Positions 1 through 11,910 of a DNA stretch of 64,000 nucleotides are shown here, piece after piece. The stretch covers positions 7,378,001 through 7,442,000 of the forward strand of contig JAGIQG010000011.1 of assembly GCA_024679065.1 (NCBI GenBank). Reading direction: 5' to 3'. Below the pieces are notes generated by a model. The model searched no databases, was not told where the DNA came from, and saw only the letters and a program-made list of their open reading frames with translations. The position numbers were made by a program, and so were the translations under genes. The DNA is from Sphyrna mokarran (lineage: Eukaryota). Each line of letters starts with the position of its first letter. The first letter of the stretch is position 1.

Positions 1-905
1 ACTATCAAACCTGCTCACAAGGATGTTAGTCCTGCTCTAGTTCAGATATAGAATGTCTTGTCTGTAAGGTCCCACTTCCCCAGAAATTGTCCCTGTGATT
101 CATGAATTTAAAACCTTCCTGCATCAAATCTTAAGCCACACATTTATCTGCACTATTCTTCTATTTCTCTGCTTGCTAGCATGCGACATTGGGAGAAGTC
201 CAGAAATTATAACCCACCAGGCCCTGCTTTTTAGCCTACTGCCTAACTCCTTGAATTATTGACGCAAGACTTCATTCCTCTATGTATGACATGTATCATA
301 TGTATGACATGTACCATATGTATCTACGTATGACCTCTGCCTTACTACCCTCCCCTTTCAGGATGCCCTGCAAATGTTCAATGACATCCTGGATCCTAGC
401 ACCAGGGAGGCAACACACCATCCTGGAGTCTCATTGATGGCCACAGTAGCACTATCTGTTCCACTGACTATAGAATCCCCTGTGACTATTGCTCTTCCTT
501 CCTTCAGACAGGCCAAAGGCATGGTTGTGCCAGAAGCTTGGCTCTTTCTGTACTCCCTGGAGGAACCTGCACCCTGACCAGCCCGCAAAATGGAATACTG
601 ATTTGCAAGCAGAACCCCAAGGAACTCCTGAACTACCTGCCTGTTTGACTTGGCTTGCCTCGTGATCACCCATTCATTCCTCAAGTCCCTTCAGCTGTGG
701 TGTGATTACTTCTCTAAAGATGCTATGCATGATGCTCTCAGACTCTGGATGCTTCTCAGTTGCTATCCCAGGTCTGAAACTCGAGCTTCCAGCTGGACAC
801 ATTTCTTGCACACATGCTGGTCGTGGTCACTGGAAATATACCCAGCTTCCCACATAAAGCAGGAAGAGCAAACCACAGCTTTGAGCTCTCCTACCATGCC
901 AAATC
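1..905 (-). mobile_element. CR1 LINE ORF1 remnant (zinc-finger/SGNH-esterase type)
   Basis: Minus-strand translation RAIVTGDSIVSGTD contains the GDS motif of CR1 ORF1 esterases. Frameshifted and degenerate. Confidence 0.7.
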
Positions 906-1159
906 TTTAAATTTAAAGCTTTAGAAGACTTTTTAAAAAATATCAATTAAGTCTTAGCCTTGCTTAAACAATGACTTAAAAATTTAATTATAGTTTGAAA
1001 ATATCCACCTGGACTTCATCATCAAGCAGCTGCTCCCATTGGTCATCACTTTCTGAACATCACCTTGAAATGCTACTACCTGTTTCCGTGCTATCGCTCA
1101 TTTTCCTTATCACCCTGCCAAAAATCTGCCTATAACCTGTCCTTTGTCTATATGGCACA

Positions 1160-1655
1160 GTCAGGGGTGTGATGGAATTCTCTCCACTTGCCTGGATGAG
1201 TACAGCTCCAACAATATTCAAGTATCTTAACAACATCCAGGATTAGCAGTCTGCTTGTTTGACACGCCACCCAGTACATTCACTCCCTCCACCATCGATG
1301 AATGGCAGCAGCAGTATGTACAAGATCCTCTGCAGGAAATCACTAAGCCTGCTTTATACAGCGTCTTCCAAATCCACAACTACTACCATCTAGAAAAATA
1401 AAGGCAGTGGATACGTGGGAATACCACTATCTGGAAGGAGTCACTAAGCCATTCACCATCCTGACTTGGAAATACATTGCTGTTCCTTCACTGTCATTGG
1501 TGCTCCCTCCCTAATAGCACTGTGGGTATACCTACACCACATGACTGCAATAGTTCACAAAGGCAGCTTGTTACAACCTTCTCAAGTGCAGTTAGGGATA
1601 GGCAATAAATGCTCTCCATCCAGTGATGCGCAGTCCGTAAAATGAATTTTAAAAA
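1160..1655 (+). mobile_element. Non-LTR retrotransposon 3' fragment (CR1/L2 group)
   Basis: Degenerate RT C-terminus ending ttagggataggcaataaatgc. Same family as 55385-55970 and 57275-57785. Confidence 0.6.
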
Positions 1656-1959
1656 TGTTGTCAACTGCTATAAGATTTCACTTGTGCTTCAGAGTCCTTA
1701 AATTCTAACCCTCTTCATTTCCTCTTCCCATCTATAGGCTTTTATAATCTAAATTTGGTATTGTCAGATCTTTCCTTCCAAATACTCCAGAGTATTGAGG
1801 AAGTGCTACACTGCTGGAAATGCCAGCTTTCAAATTCAGTGTTAATATCTGTTCTCTTGGGTATCCCATGATTCTATTTTGAAGAGAAGAGGAATTTCCC
1901 CAGTATCTTGGCCACTGTTTATCCTGCTGTCAGCATCAGACACATTTGAAAGAGCAAAC

Positions 1960-2490
1960 GCAGCTTGGATGAATGCCTTGCAGAACACTTTTGTTCAGTT
2001 CACAAGCATAGCACCAAACGTTCCGTGGCTTTAATTTTAATTCTCCATCTTTCACTCACACTGACATTTCTGTTCTTGAACTGCTCCTGTTGGTAAACTA
2101 GAAAAGCAGTACTTCACCTTTTGTTTAGGCACTTTGCAGCCTTCTGGACTCAATGTTGAGTTCAACAATTTTAGATCGTAAATTCGGTCATTTGTTCTCT
2201 TTTTCCTTATTTTATTTCTTGTATTTTTGTGTCAGATAGCAAAGCACTTGCTCTATGCACAAGTTTTATCTTTGATTACCCCATCACCATTCCCTTTGAC
2301 TCTCTAATGTTTCTGTCATTCAATCTCTCCTGTCTTCCACCTAATCACATACGTTCCCACATATCCTTTGTTCAAATCCTATTACATCTCTATCCTTTCC
2401 CACTTCTGGTGAAAGGTCATTAGCCTGAAATGTTAACCCTACCTTTCTTCACAGATGCTGTTTAACCATTTAGAGCAGTTTCTGTTTTTA
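1960..2490 (+). mobile_element. Degenerate Penelope-like element 3' end, apparently nested in an older SINE (about 1740-2640)
   Basis: Decayed GIY-YIG C-terminal sequence (...LGTLQPSGLNVEFNNF) followed by terminal repeat ggtcattagcctgaaatgttaac...cacagatgctg. Confidence 0.55.
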
Positions 2491-2879
2491 TATCTAAAGT
2501 ATCTGTTCATTATCACATTACTGTTTATGGGATCTTGCTGTGTAGATTGACTACTGTGAATCACATGTTACAGCAGAGATAACTCTCTGTAAGTTACACA
2601 TTGAGCATTGAATTTTTGGAAGGCGTAATAAAAGTAAGTTTTTTTTTTACTATCCTAACAACTCAAACGCCAAACATACTCAAACATTTAACTTTAGGAA
2701 CTGTCTAAAGAGGTGTTGCATCCAACAAACCTAAATATCTCAATTAAGACTTGGTTGTAGGCTATTTGGAGCTTTTCCAGTCCTTTTCCTTCCTTTGTCC
2801 TCCGGGTCCATATAAGAAAAGTTAAAAACTGAACATTTTCTAGTGCTGATCTGGATTACTGTCTGGTTTTATTGGTGTT

Positions 2880-3138
2880 TGGTGGCACAGTAGCACCAGG
2901 GATCCATGTTCAGCTCCTGGCTTGGGTCACCATCTGTGTGGAGTCTGCATGTTCTCCCCTTGTCTGTGTGGGTTTCCTCTGGGTGTTGGTTTCTTCCCAC
3001 ATACTGGTTAGATGCATTGGTCATGTTAAATTCTCTCCCAGTGTACTCAAATAGGTGATGGACTGTGGTGACTAGGGGATTTTCATAGTAACTTCATTGC
3101 AGTGTTAATGTAAGCCTACTTGTGATAAATAAATAAAC
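2880..3138 (+). mobile_element. tRNA-derived V-SINE-like copy (alternative tail type)
   Basis: ggtggcacag...gggtttcctct core; tail gtaacttcattgcagtgttaatgtaagcctacttgtga...aataaa. Confidence 0.7.
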
Positions 3139-3449
3139 TACAAATTAAACATTTTCACTACAAATTGCATCAAGAGTGGGATAATTGTTCAGGATTAAAT
3201 ACAAGACCTTTGAAGGGTGAGGCACTATGTGGTTTGCTGTTAGGTGCTTGAATTTGCAGTATTGTCAGTTTGCAGCATTTTATTGAGCTTGTTTTGGTTT
3301 TGCAGCACTGCATCTCCCTAAGGAAGCACCATCTGCTTCTCTCTGCGGCTCCCCTCATTCTAGCAGCATTGTTGAGTCTTATTCAGTTTTTCTAGTCATT
3401 TGCTGTCCCTATATATTAGTCTTTTGCAGTTCATACTCAGACACCTCTG

Positions 3450-4220
3450 CATCTCAGAATTGTGCAATCTCTCCCCATTTGGATAATCTGCTTTTATTTT
3501 TTTCAGCTGAAATAGATAATTTCACTTTTTCCCAGGTTATATTCCATTTGCTAGATCTTTGCCCAGTCACTTGACCTATCTGTATCCTTGTATAGCCTCC
3601 TTACATCCTCTTCACATCTTACTTTCTGACCTATCTTTGTTTCATCAACAAATTTAACAACCATATTTTTGATCACTTCAACCAGGTCATGTAAAGAAAT
3701 TCTAAAAGGTTGAGGCCCCAGCACTCATACCTATGGCACATCATTCGTTATATCTCACCAACCCGAAAAAAAACATTTATACCTTCCCTCTGTTTCCTAG
3801 TAGCTAGCCAATCTTTAATCCATGCAATAGATTACCCCCTACACCATGAGCTTTTCTGCAATAATCTTTGATGTGGCACCTTATCAAATACCTTGTGGAA
3901 ATCCAAGTACAGTACATCTTCAGGTTCCCCTTTATCCACAACACATGTGACTCCAAAGATGTGCGGTTTGAGTTGAGTTGCGGTTTTAGCCATGCTAAAT
4001 TGCCCTTAGTGTCAGGGGACTAGGAGAGTAAATACGTAGGATTACAGGGATAGGGCCTGGATGGGATTGTGATCACTGAAGACTCGATGGGTCAAATGGC
4101 CTCCTTTCTGCACTGTAGGATTCTGTGACTCCTTCAAAGAACTCCAACAAGTTGGTTAAACATGATTTTCCTTTCACCAAATCATGCTGACTCTGCCCGA
4201 TTGTCTGGAATTTTTCTAAG
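3450..4220 (-). mobile_element. CR1 LINE RT remnant with a SINE 3' fragment inserted (about 3955-4130)
   Basis: Reverse strand gives the RT motifs YLDFHKVFDKVPH and KFVDETKI. Confidence 0.7.
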
Positions 4221-4321
4221 ACGGTGGAAGTTGAATTCAATAAACAATATCTGGAATTATCAATTTACTGATGGCCACGAAACAATTGTTGATAGTTGGA
4301 AAAACCCATCTGGTTCATTAA

Positions 4322-4717
4322 TGTCCTTTAGGGAAGGAAATCTGCTGTCCTTACCTGATCTGGCCCATATGTGACTCCAGTGCCACATAGCAATGTGGTT
4401 AATTCTTAATTGCTCCTCAGGAATGGACAATAAATGCTGGCCCAGCCAGCGACGCCCACATTTCATGAGAGAATTAAACAAAAAAAAACAAATGAGTGGC
4501 TTGTCAGGCCACTTCAGAGTTCAGATATTAATTAACCTTGCTAGTCTGGGTCTGGAGTCATCTGTCCACTGGACTAGGGAAGGGCAACAGATTTCCTTCC
4601 CAAAGGACATCAGTCAACCTGTTAGGTTTTCAAGACAATACAATGGCTTCACAGGCACTTTTACTGACAAGTTTTTTATTTCCAAATGATTCAAACTGGA
4701 TTCAAAATCTCAAACTG
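4322..4717. repeat. Composite SINE-SINE block, arm 1 of a long inverted duplication
   Basis: Reverse complement aligns across the whole block, including the chimeric junction, with 6171-6558. Confidence 0.75.
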
Positions 4718-5350
4718 TCATAGTGAGGATTGGTTTTACCTTCCCTGGGTTAGCAGCTGAGGGTTGGACAAGGATCCGAGCTGTGATAAACGGGATAATC
4801 TCCCTCCTTTATGCTGATACTTCTGAAGTTTGTGCAGTAACACACGAGTCATGGTTGCACCATTGATAGTGATATGGAAAAGAAGATGCAGGGATTGGGA
4901 GTCCCCTGAGTGAAGGAGGCTTGAGTAATCTGATACGAAGGCACTCTGTTTGGAATAAAGAGAGTGCAGCATGATCGCGAGGGAGAGAAATATGCAGTTC
5001 AGCAAAATTTGTCACGATCAAACAATTGATAAATACATTTTCATCAACAGCTTCCTGCAACTGACGATGATATCGACCACATTACGAAAACCACCCACAC
5101 AGCGCAGAAAAACACATACCAAGATTAACCTGGCTAGAACTGCACCTGCCAAAAATATCAAATGTCATCAAGATCTTCAACATGCAAAAAGAAGTGAGAA
5201 GGGAAGAAGGAGCTAGGCTAATTGTAAAAACCTCACCAACTTCAACAAAATGCATGGAAGACATACAATTTGTACTGGTCTTTTTCTGAAATTTTCCATT
5301 TTGTGTGTTAAAAACAGCAGAACTCCCAACACATTGTCCCATCAAATACA

Positions 5351-5932
5351 TGACGTAAAGATGCCGGCGTTGGATTGGAGTGGTAAGAACTCAGTAAGAA
5401 TTTAGCAACACCAATTATTAATCCAACCGATTTATTTGATAGAAAAAAAGCGAGCTTTCAACACTCCCGTGTCTTCATCAGGCAAGTGCAGTGTTCTGGT
5501 CTGCAATAGCACACATCAGCACAGACAGTCAGCGATTGCTGATTAGAATGCGAATCCTTACATCTAACCTGCTATTCAAGTGTTAAAGTGGCTAACAATG
5601 TGTGTGAAGGGGATCCTGAGCATTGTTAGAGAATTGTGTATTTTCTCCAGACAGCACAGTAAGTGAGGTTTTTTGCTAACAATTCTCTAACAATGCTCAG
5701 GATCCCCTTCACACACATTGTTAGCCACTTTAACACTTGAATAGCAGGTTAGATGTAAGGATTCGCATTCTAATCAGCAATCTCTGACTGTCTGTGCTGA
5801 TGTGTGCTATTGCAGACCAGAACACTGCACTTGACTGATGAAGACACGGGAGTGTTGAAAGCTCGCTTTTTTACTATCAAATAAATCGGTTGGATTAATA
5901 ATTGGTGTTGCTAAATTCTTACTGAGTTCTTA
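5351..5932. mobile_element. Non-autonomous Penelope-like palindromic element with hammerhead-like motifs
   Basis: 257-bp inverted arms (5381-5637 / 5679-5935, about 3 mismatches) with a 41-nt spacer. 12-bp TSD ccatcaaataca at 5339-5350 and 5933-5944. Each arm carries CTGATGA-stem-GAAAGCTC. Confidence 0.85.
5825..5870 (+). ncRNA. Minimal hammerhead-ribozyme-like motif (PLE type)
   Basis: CTGATGA(5835-5841) A GACAC GGGA GTGTT GAAA GCTC: conserved core boxes, a GNRA-capped stem II and a palindromic AGCT stem III. The mirror copy is on the minus strand at 5450-5485. Confidence 0.6.
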
Positions 5933-7112
5933 CCATCAAATACACCCAGAGGAGGAGCAGTGCAGGTTACAGACAGGGTAAAGCTCCCTCTAAATTCTTC
6001 CATCAAACTCCTAGGGCAGATATAGTGCAGGTTACATACAGGATAAAGCTCCCTCTGTGCTCCCCCATCATACACACCCAGAGCAGATACAGCGCAGATT
6101 ACATATAAGGTAAAACTTTTCTATAGTATTCCAGCAAACACACTCAAAGCAGGTACAGTGCAGGTTGGATACAGTTCGAGAATTTGAATCCAGTTTGAAT
6201 CATTTGGAAATAAGAAAAGCTTATCAGTAAAAGTGCCTGTGAAGCCATTGTGAACCTAACAGGTTGACTGATGTCCTTTGGGAAGGAAATCTGTTGCCCT
6301 TCCCTAGTCCAGTGGACAGATGACTCTAGACCCAGACTAGCATGGTTAATTGATATCTGAACTCTGAAGTGGCCTATCAAGTCACTCATTCATTTTGTTT
6401 TTGTTTAATTCGCGCATGAAATGCGGATGTCGCTGGCTGGCCAGCATTTATTGTCCATCCCAGGAGCAATTAAGAATTAACCACATTGCTATGTGGCTCT
6501 GGAGTCACATATGGGCCAGATCAGGTAAGGACGGCAGATTTCCTTCCCTAAAGAACAACAGATTTCCTTCCCTGAATCTCTGTCTATATTTTCCCATCAA
6601 ACACACCCAGGGGAGGAACGGAGCAAAGCTCCCTCCATGTTCGCCTATCAAACACAACAAGGGCAGATACAGTGCAGATTAGATATGGGGTAAGGAACAC
6701 TCTACACTCTGCCATCGAACTCACCTAGAGCAGGTACAGCACAGGTTAGATACAGAGCAAAGCTTCCTTGATGTTCTCCCATCAAACACTCCCAGGGCAG
6801 ATACAGTGCAGATTGGTTACAGGGTAAAGAACCCTCTACATTCTGCCATCGAACTCACCTAGGATAGGTACAGCACAGGTTAGGTACAGAGCAAAGTTCC
6901 GTCTGTGATGTTGCATCAAACACACCCAGGACAGGAATAAAGCAGGATAGGTGCAGGGTAAAGATCCCTCTACCATCAAAAACAGCCAGCTCAGGTTACT
7001 TGCAGGTTAGATATAGGGTAAATCCCTCTCTGCACTGTCCCATCAAGGACACCCAGGACAGATACAGCACAGGTTTTGATACAGAGTAAAGCTCCCTCTA
7101 CACAGTCCCATT
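5933..7112 (+). repeat. About 65-67-bp degenerate tandem repeat (ccatcaaacac...ggttagatacag...aaagctccctct), interrupted at 6171-6580
   Basis: Repeated units visible at 5933, 6000, 6065 and from about 6590 to 7110. Reverse-oriented decayed copies occur at about 43270-43420. Confidence 0.8.
6171..6558. repeat. Composite SINE-SINE block, arm 2 of the long inverted duplication
   Basis: Reverse complement of 4322-4717. Confidence 0.75.
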
Positions 7113-7129
7113 GCACTGTGATGCAGAAG

Positions 7130-8660
7130 CATTAGTTATCTCCCTTTCCACCAACTTTGCATGGAGGTGAGTTCCAGGTTATTACCATTCACTGTATAAA
7201 AAAAGTTCTGCATCACATTCCTCCTTGTCCTGCTCAAAACCTGAAATGTGTTTTCCCAGTCCTTATATGGTTATCTAACGGGAACAGCTTATCTTTGTTT
7301 ATATTATCAAACCAAACAATTTCATACATTTCTACCAAACCTGCCCTCAGTCTCCTCTTCAAACAGAACAACATAAGCTTCTCAAAGCCACCTTGTAGGT
7401 AAAGTCCCTCATCCTCAGAACCATTCTGAGAAGTCAAGAACAATGACAATGTTCCTTAAAGTGTGATGACTAGAATGGGATACACTAGTTTAGCTGTATC
7501 CTATTCAGAGTTTTATAAAGATTTAGAAAACATTCCTCCTTTTGCACTCAATAGCTCGATTTATAAAGTTCGAGGACCCATATGCTTTGCTAACTGTCCT
7601 CTCAGAATGCCTTTCAGCGCTGTGTACACATTGAGTCCCACTCTCTGGGACTGAGCCAGTAAGTGTATATTGCCCCTCCCTTTCCAGTCTTCCAAAATGC
7701 ATCATCTCACATATAAAACCTACAGAACAGTACAGCACAGTACAGGCCCTTTGGCTCTCAACATTTTGCTGAGCTACATCTGAACCCAAGATCAAGCTAT
7801 CCCACTCCCTAGCATTCTTGTGTGCTCCATGCGCCTATCCAATAAATGCTTGAAAGTTGCTAAAGTGTCCAACTCCACTATCACAGCAGGCAGTATATTC
7901 TGCACCCCAACCACTCCCCGAGTAAAGAATCTACCTTGGACATCCCTCCTATATCTCCCACCATGAATCTTATAATTATGCCCCCTTGGGTACATCCACC
8001 CAAAGAAATAGTTTATCTACATATTCCATCTGCTATTTGTCTGCTCATTTTGCTAATCTATGTTTTTCTGCAGTCAGTTGTATCCTCACTGTTTGCTACT
8101 CCTCCATCTGATATCATCAGTACATTTTGGAATTTTACATTGTTTTACATTGTTTACCAATATTCCAGTCATTTCTCCATGTTAGAAAAACAATAAGCTG
8201 CGTACTGACCCTTTGGAATTAGCACTGTCCACTGTCCTCCAACCTGAAAAGCAAAGACTTATCATGACTCACTGTTTTCTGTCCTGAAGCCAATTTTGAG
8301 TCAAAACTGATCCTGATCCTCTGATTCCATCAGCCTGAACGTTCTCAAGCAGCCTTTCATGTAGCACTTTGTCAAATGCTTTCTTAAAATACATATAGAC
8401 AACATCCACAGTGTTCCCTGCATCAATCTTCTCAATTATTAGCTATGCACCACCTGCCTTTTCCAAATCCATTCTGCCTCTTAAACTGTTCAGTTTCTCT
8501 ATGTTCCTGTTGAATTTTCCCCCTGATTATTGTTGCCCAAACTTCCTCCACTCTGATGTTAATCTCACTGACCTGTAGTTGTTTGGACTATCTTCACACA
8601 CTTTCTTGAATAAGGTGTCACATTTGACATCCTTCTATCCTTTGGCCTCTTCCCCACATC
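7130..8660 (-). mobile_element. Old CR1 LINE remnant with a younger CR1 3' end nested at about 7720-7990
   Basis: Minus-strand translations RRLRAGLVEMYEI...LFPL and RGHNYKIHGGRYRRDVQGRFFT are typical of the CR1 ORF2 C-terminus. Confidence 0.7.
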
Positions 8661-9041
8661 TAGGGAAGAAAATTACGGGGATGCCCCTATTTCCCTTAGC
8701 AATTTGGCATGTTGGTCAAATGACTTATCCATTCTAAGCATAGCCATCCTTTCCTATAGATTCCACCTATTAATTTCCCCCTTCAACTATCTCAATCATC
8801 TCCATTTCTACCAATATTCTTTCAGCATTTGTTCCTTGGTATACACCATATCGCGTTTCAAGAAGCATAAAGAGGAACATGCCCTTATATACATCAACAG
8901 GACAAAGTAGAAAGATTCTTCTGGCTGCCCTTTATTTATCCTACTAGCTACATCTCAGAAGATTCTAATAAATTTGTCAATTATGATTTAATTTTCAGAA
9001 AACTGTATTGATTCTATTCACTTGTGGGGGCAAGTGCAGAG

Positions 9042-10025
9042 GAGAGGCAGAGTGAAGCCTGCTAGGGGTTAGGGAAACGTGGGGGGGGGAGAGGCAGAGT
9101 GAAGCCTGCTAGGGGTTAGGGAAACGTGGGGGGGGGAGAGGCAGAGTGAAGCCTGCTAGGGGTTAGGGAACGTGGGGGGGGGAGAGGCAGAGTGAAGCCT
9201 GCTAGGGGTTAGGGAAACGTGGGGAGGAGAGGCAGAGTGAAGCCTGCTAGGGGTTAGGTAACGGGGGGGGGGGGAGACAGAGTGAGGCTTGCTGAGGGTT
9301 AGGGAAAAACAGTGGGGAAGAGGCAGAGTGAGGCCTGCTGGGAGCTGGAGAGACGTGGGGGGAGAGCAGAGTGAGGCCTGCTGGGGACTGGAGAAACACA
9401 GGGGTGGGGGGGGGAGAGGCAGAGTGAGGCCTGCTGAGGACTGGGGAGACACGGGGTGGGAGAGGCAGAGTGAGGCCTGCTGAGGACTGGGGAGACACAG
9501 GGTGGGAGAGGCAGAGTGAGGCCTGCTGAGGATTGGGGAGACGTGGGGGGGAGAGGCAGAGTGAGGCCTGCTGAGGATTGGAGAAACACGGGGGTGGCGG
9601 GGGGAGAGGCAGAGTGAGGCCTGCTGAGGACTGGGGAGACGTGGGGGGAGAGGCAGAGTGAGCCTGCTGGGGACTGGAGAAACCGGGGGTGGGGGGGGAG
9701 AGGCAGAGTGAGGCCTGCTGAGGACTGGGGAGACGTGGGGGGGGAGGCAGAGTGAGGCCTGCTGGGGACTGGGAAACACGGGGTGGGGGGGGGGGGAGAG
9801 GCAGAGTGAGGCCTGCTGAGGACTGGGGAAACACGGGGTGGGAGAGGCAGAGTGAGGCCTGCTGAGGACTGGGGAAACACGGGGTGGGAGAGGCAGAGTG
9901 AGGCCTGCTGAGGACTGGGGGATTCGCTGGAAGACCGTGGGCAGAGTGCGGCACGTGTGGGGGCTAGGATTGACATGGGGGGGGGGGGGGCAGAGTGAGA
10001 CCTGGTGGGGAGGGGCTGGGGAAAC
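9042..10025 (+). repeat. G-rich minisatellite, about 45-50-bp unit gagaggcagagtgaggcctgctgaggactggggagac(G)n
   Basis: About 20 visible units. The first units carry GGGGTTAGGG. Confidence 0.95.
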
Positions 10026-10437
10026 ACTCGCGTGGCAGCCACAATGTTAGTTAGGTAGGGCGGTGGTCCCTCTACATTGATCCATCAAACAGTCGCAGAG
10101 CAGATGCTCTGATTTAGGGATAACTATTGGCCGGGCACCAGAGATACATGAATAGGCCAGGAATAGATGAAAATGGAGTGCATAGAGGCAAGAGGTCTTT
10201 AGTTTAGAAAGATGTGTGGCAGCACAGGCTTGGTGAGTCAGTAGGTTTGTTCCTGTGCTTTACTGTTCTTTGTTCTATAACTTCACTGTCCCTCTTCAAA
10301 GTGCCACAGGAATGTTTATCTGAGAGTGCAGATTTGGTCTGACATCCACTCTGAGGAAGGATTACGCTGGGGTACATTTCACACCGAATCCTGCAGTGTG
10401 ACTTGAATCTTGTGATCCTGTGGCTTCCTTTATATAG

Positions 10438-11910
10438 TGAGAAGTCTCACAACACCAGGTTAAAATCCAACAGATTTATTTGGTAGCACTAGCTACAAAC
10501 TTTCAGAGTGCTGCTCCTTCATCAGGTTGTGGTCACAAACAGGGCATATATAGACACTAACTCAATTTACAAAATAATGATTGGAATGTGAATCTTTACA
10601 GATAATCAAATCTTAAAAGTACAGACAATGTGAGTGGAGAGCGGGTTAAAGAGATATATATTGTCTCCAGCCAGGACAGTTAGTGACCTCATGATACTCC
10701 ACTTCTCCAGCTTCCATCCTAAACACATTAAAGAAGACATCCCTTACGGACAACCCCTCTGTATACACAGAATCTGCTCAGATGAGGAGGATCACAACAG
10801 ACACTTACAGACGGTGAAAGATGCCCTCATAAAAACAGGATATGGTGCTTGACTCATCAATCGACAGTTCTGACGCATCACAGCAAGAAACCACACCGAC
10901 CTCCTCAAAAGGCATATACGGGACAGAGTGGGCAGAGTATCCTTCATCATCAGTACTTCCCTGGAACAGAGAAACTACGCCATCATCTCCAGAGCCTTCA
11001 ACATGTCATTGATGAAGACAAACACCTCGCTAAAGCCATCCTCACATCTCCACTCCTTGCCTTCAAACAACCGGACAACTTCAAACAGATCATTGTCCGC
11101 AGCCTTCAGGAGAACAGTAACCACAACACCACACAACCTTGCCACAGCACCTCTGCCAGATCATTGACACAGATATCATCATTTCACATGAGAACACCAT
11201 CCACCAGGTACACTTGCAACTCTTGCAACTTGGCCAATGTTGTCTACCTGATAGACTGCAGGAAAGGATGTCCCGAGGCTTGGTACATTGGGGAGATCAT
11301 GCAGATGCTACGACAACGGATGAATGAACATCACTCAATAATTGTCAGGCAGAATGTTCCCTTCCTGTTGGGGAACACTTCAGCGGTCAGGGGCATTCAG
11401 CCTCTGAGCTTCGGGTAAACGTTCTCCAAGGCAGCCTTCAGGACACATGACAGTGCAGAATCGTTGAACAGAGACTGATAGCCAAATTCTGCACATATGA
11501 GGATGGCCTCAACTGGGATCTTGGCTTCCTGTGACACTATCTATAATCCCCATGAGTTGCCTGGGCTTGCAAAATCTCACTAAGCACAGGTTAAAGAGAT
11601 GTGTATTGTCTCCAGCCAGGATAAAGTCAGTACACATCTCTTTAACCTGTGCTTAACACTCTCTCCACTCACATTGTCTGTACCTTTAAGATTTGATTAC
11701 CTGTAAAGACTCACATTCCAAGCATTATTTTGTAAATTGAGTTTGTGTCTGTATATATCCTGTTTGTGAACAGAACTCTCACCTGATGAAGGAGCAGAGC
11801 TCTGAAAGCTTGAGGCTTGTGCTACCAAGTAAACCTGTTGGACTTTAACCTGTTGCTGTGAGACTTCTTACTGTGCTGACCCCAATCCAGCACCGGCATC
11901 TCCACATCAT
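10438..11910 (+). mobile_element. 5'-truncated Penelope-like retroelement (RT C-terminus + GIY-YIG endonuclease) with an inverted 5' and a direct 3' terminal repeat
   Basis: Translations HFSSFHPKHIKEDIPYGQ and CNLANVVYLIDCRKGCPEAWYIGE...LRQRMNEH (GIY-YIG). Inverted terminal repeat 10438-10685 versus about 11630-11870. Frameshifted. Confidence 0.9.
11775..11820 (+). ncRNA. Minimal hammerhead-ribozyme-like motif in PLE terminal repeat
   Basis: CTGATGA(11783-11789) A GGAGC AGA GCTCT GAAA GCTT. Antisense copies at 10500-10526 and 62434-62460. Confidence 0.55.

Noticed and set aside
9156-10042. Long Pro/Ser-rich ORFs (207-247 aa) in three frames
   Set aside because: By-products of a stop-free minisatellite.
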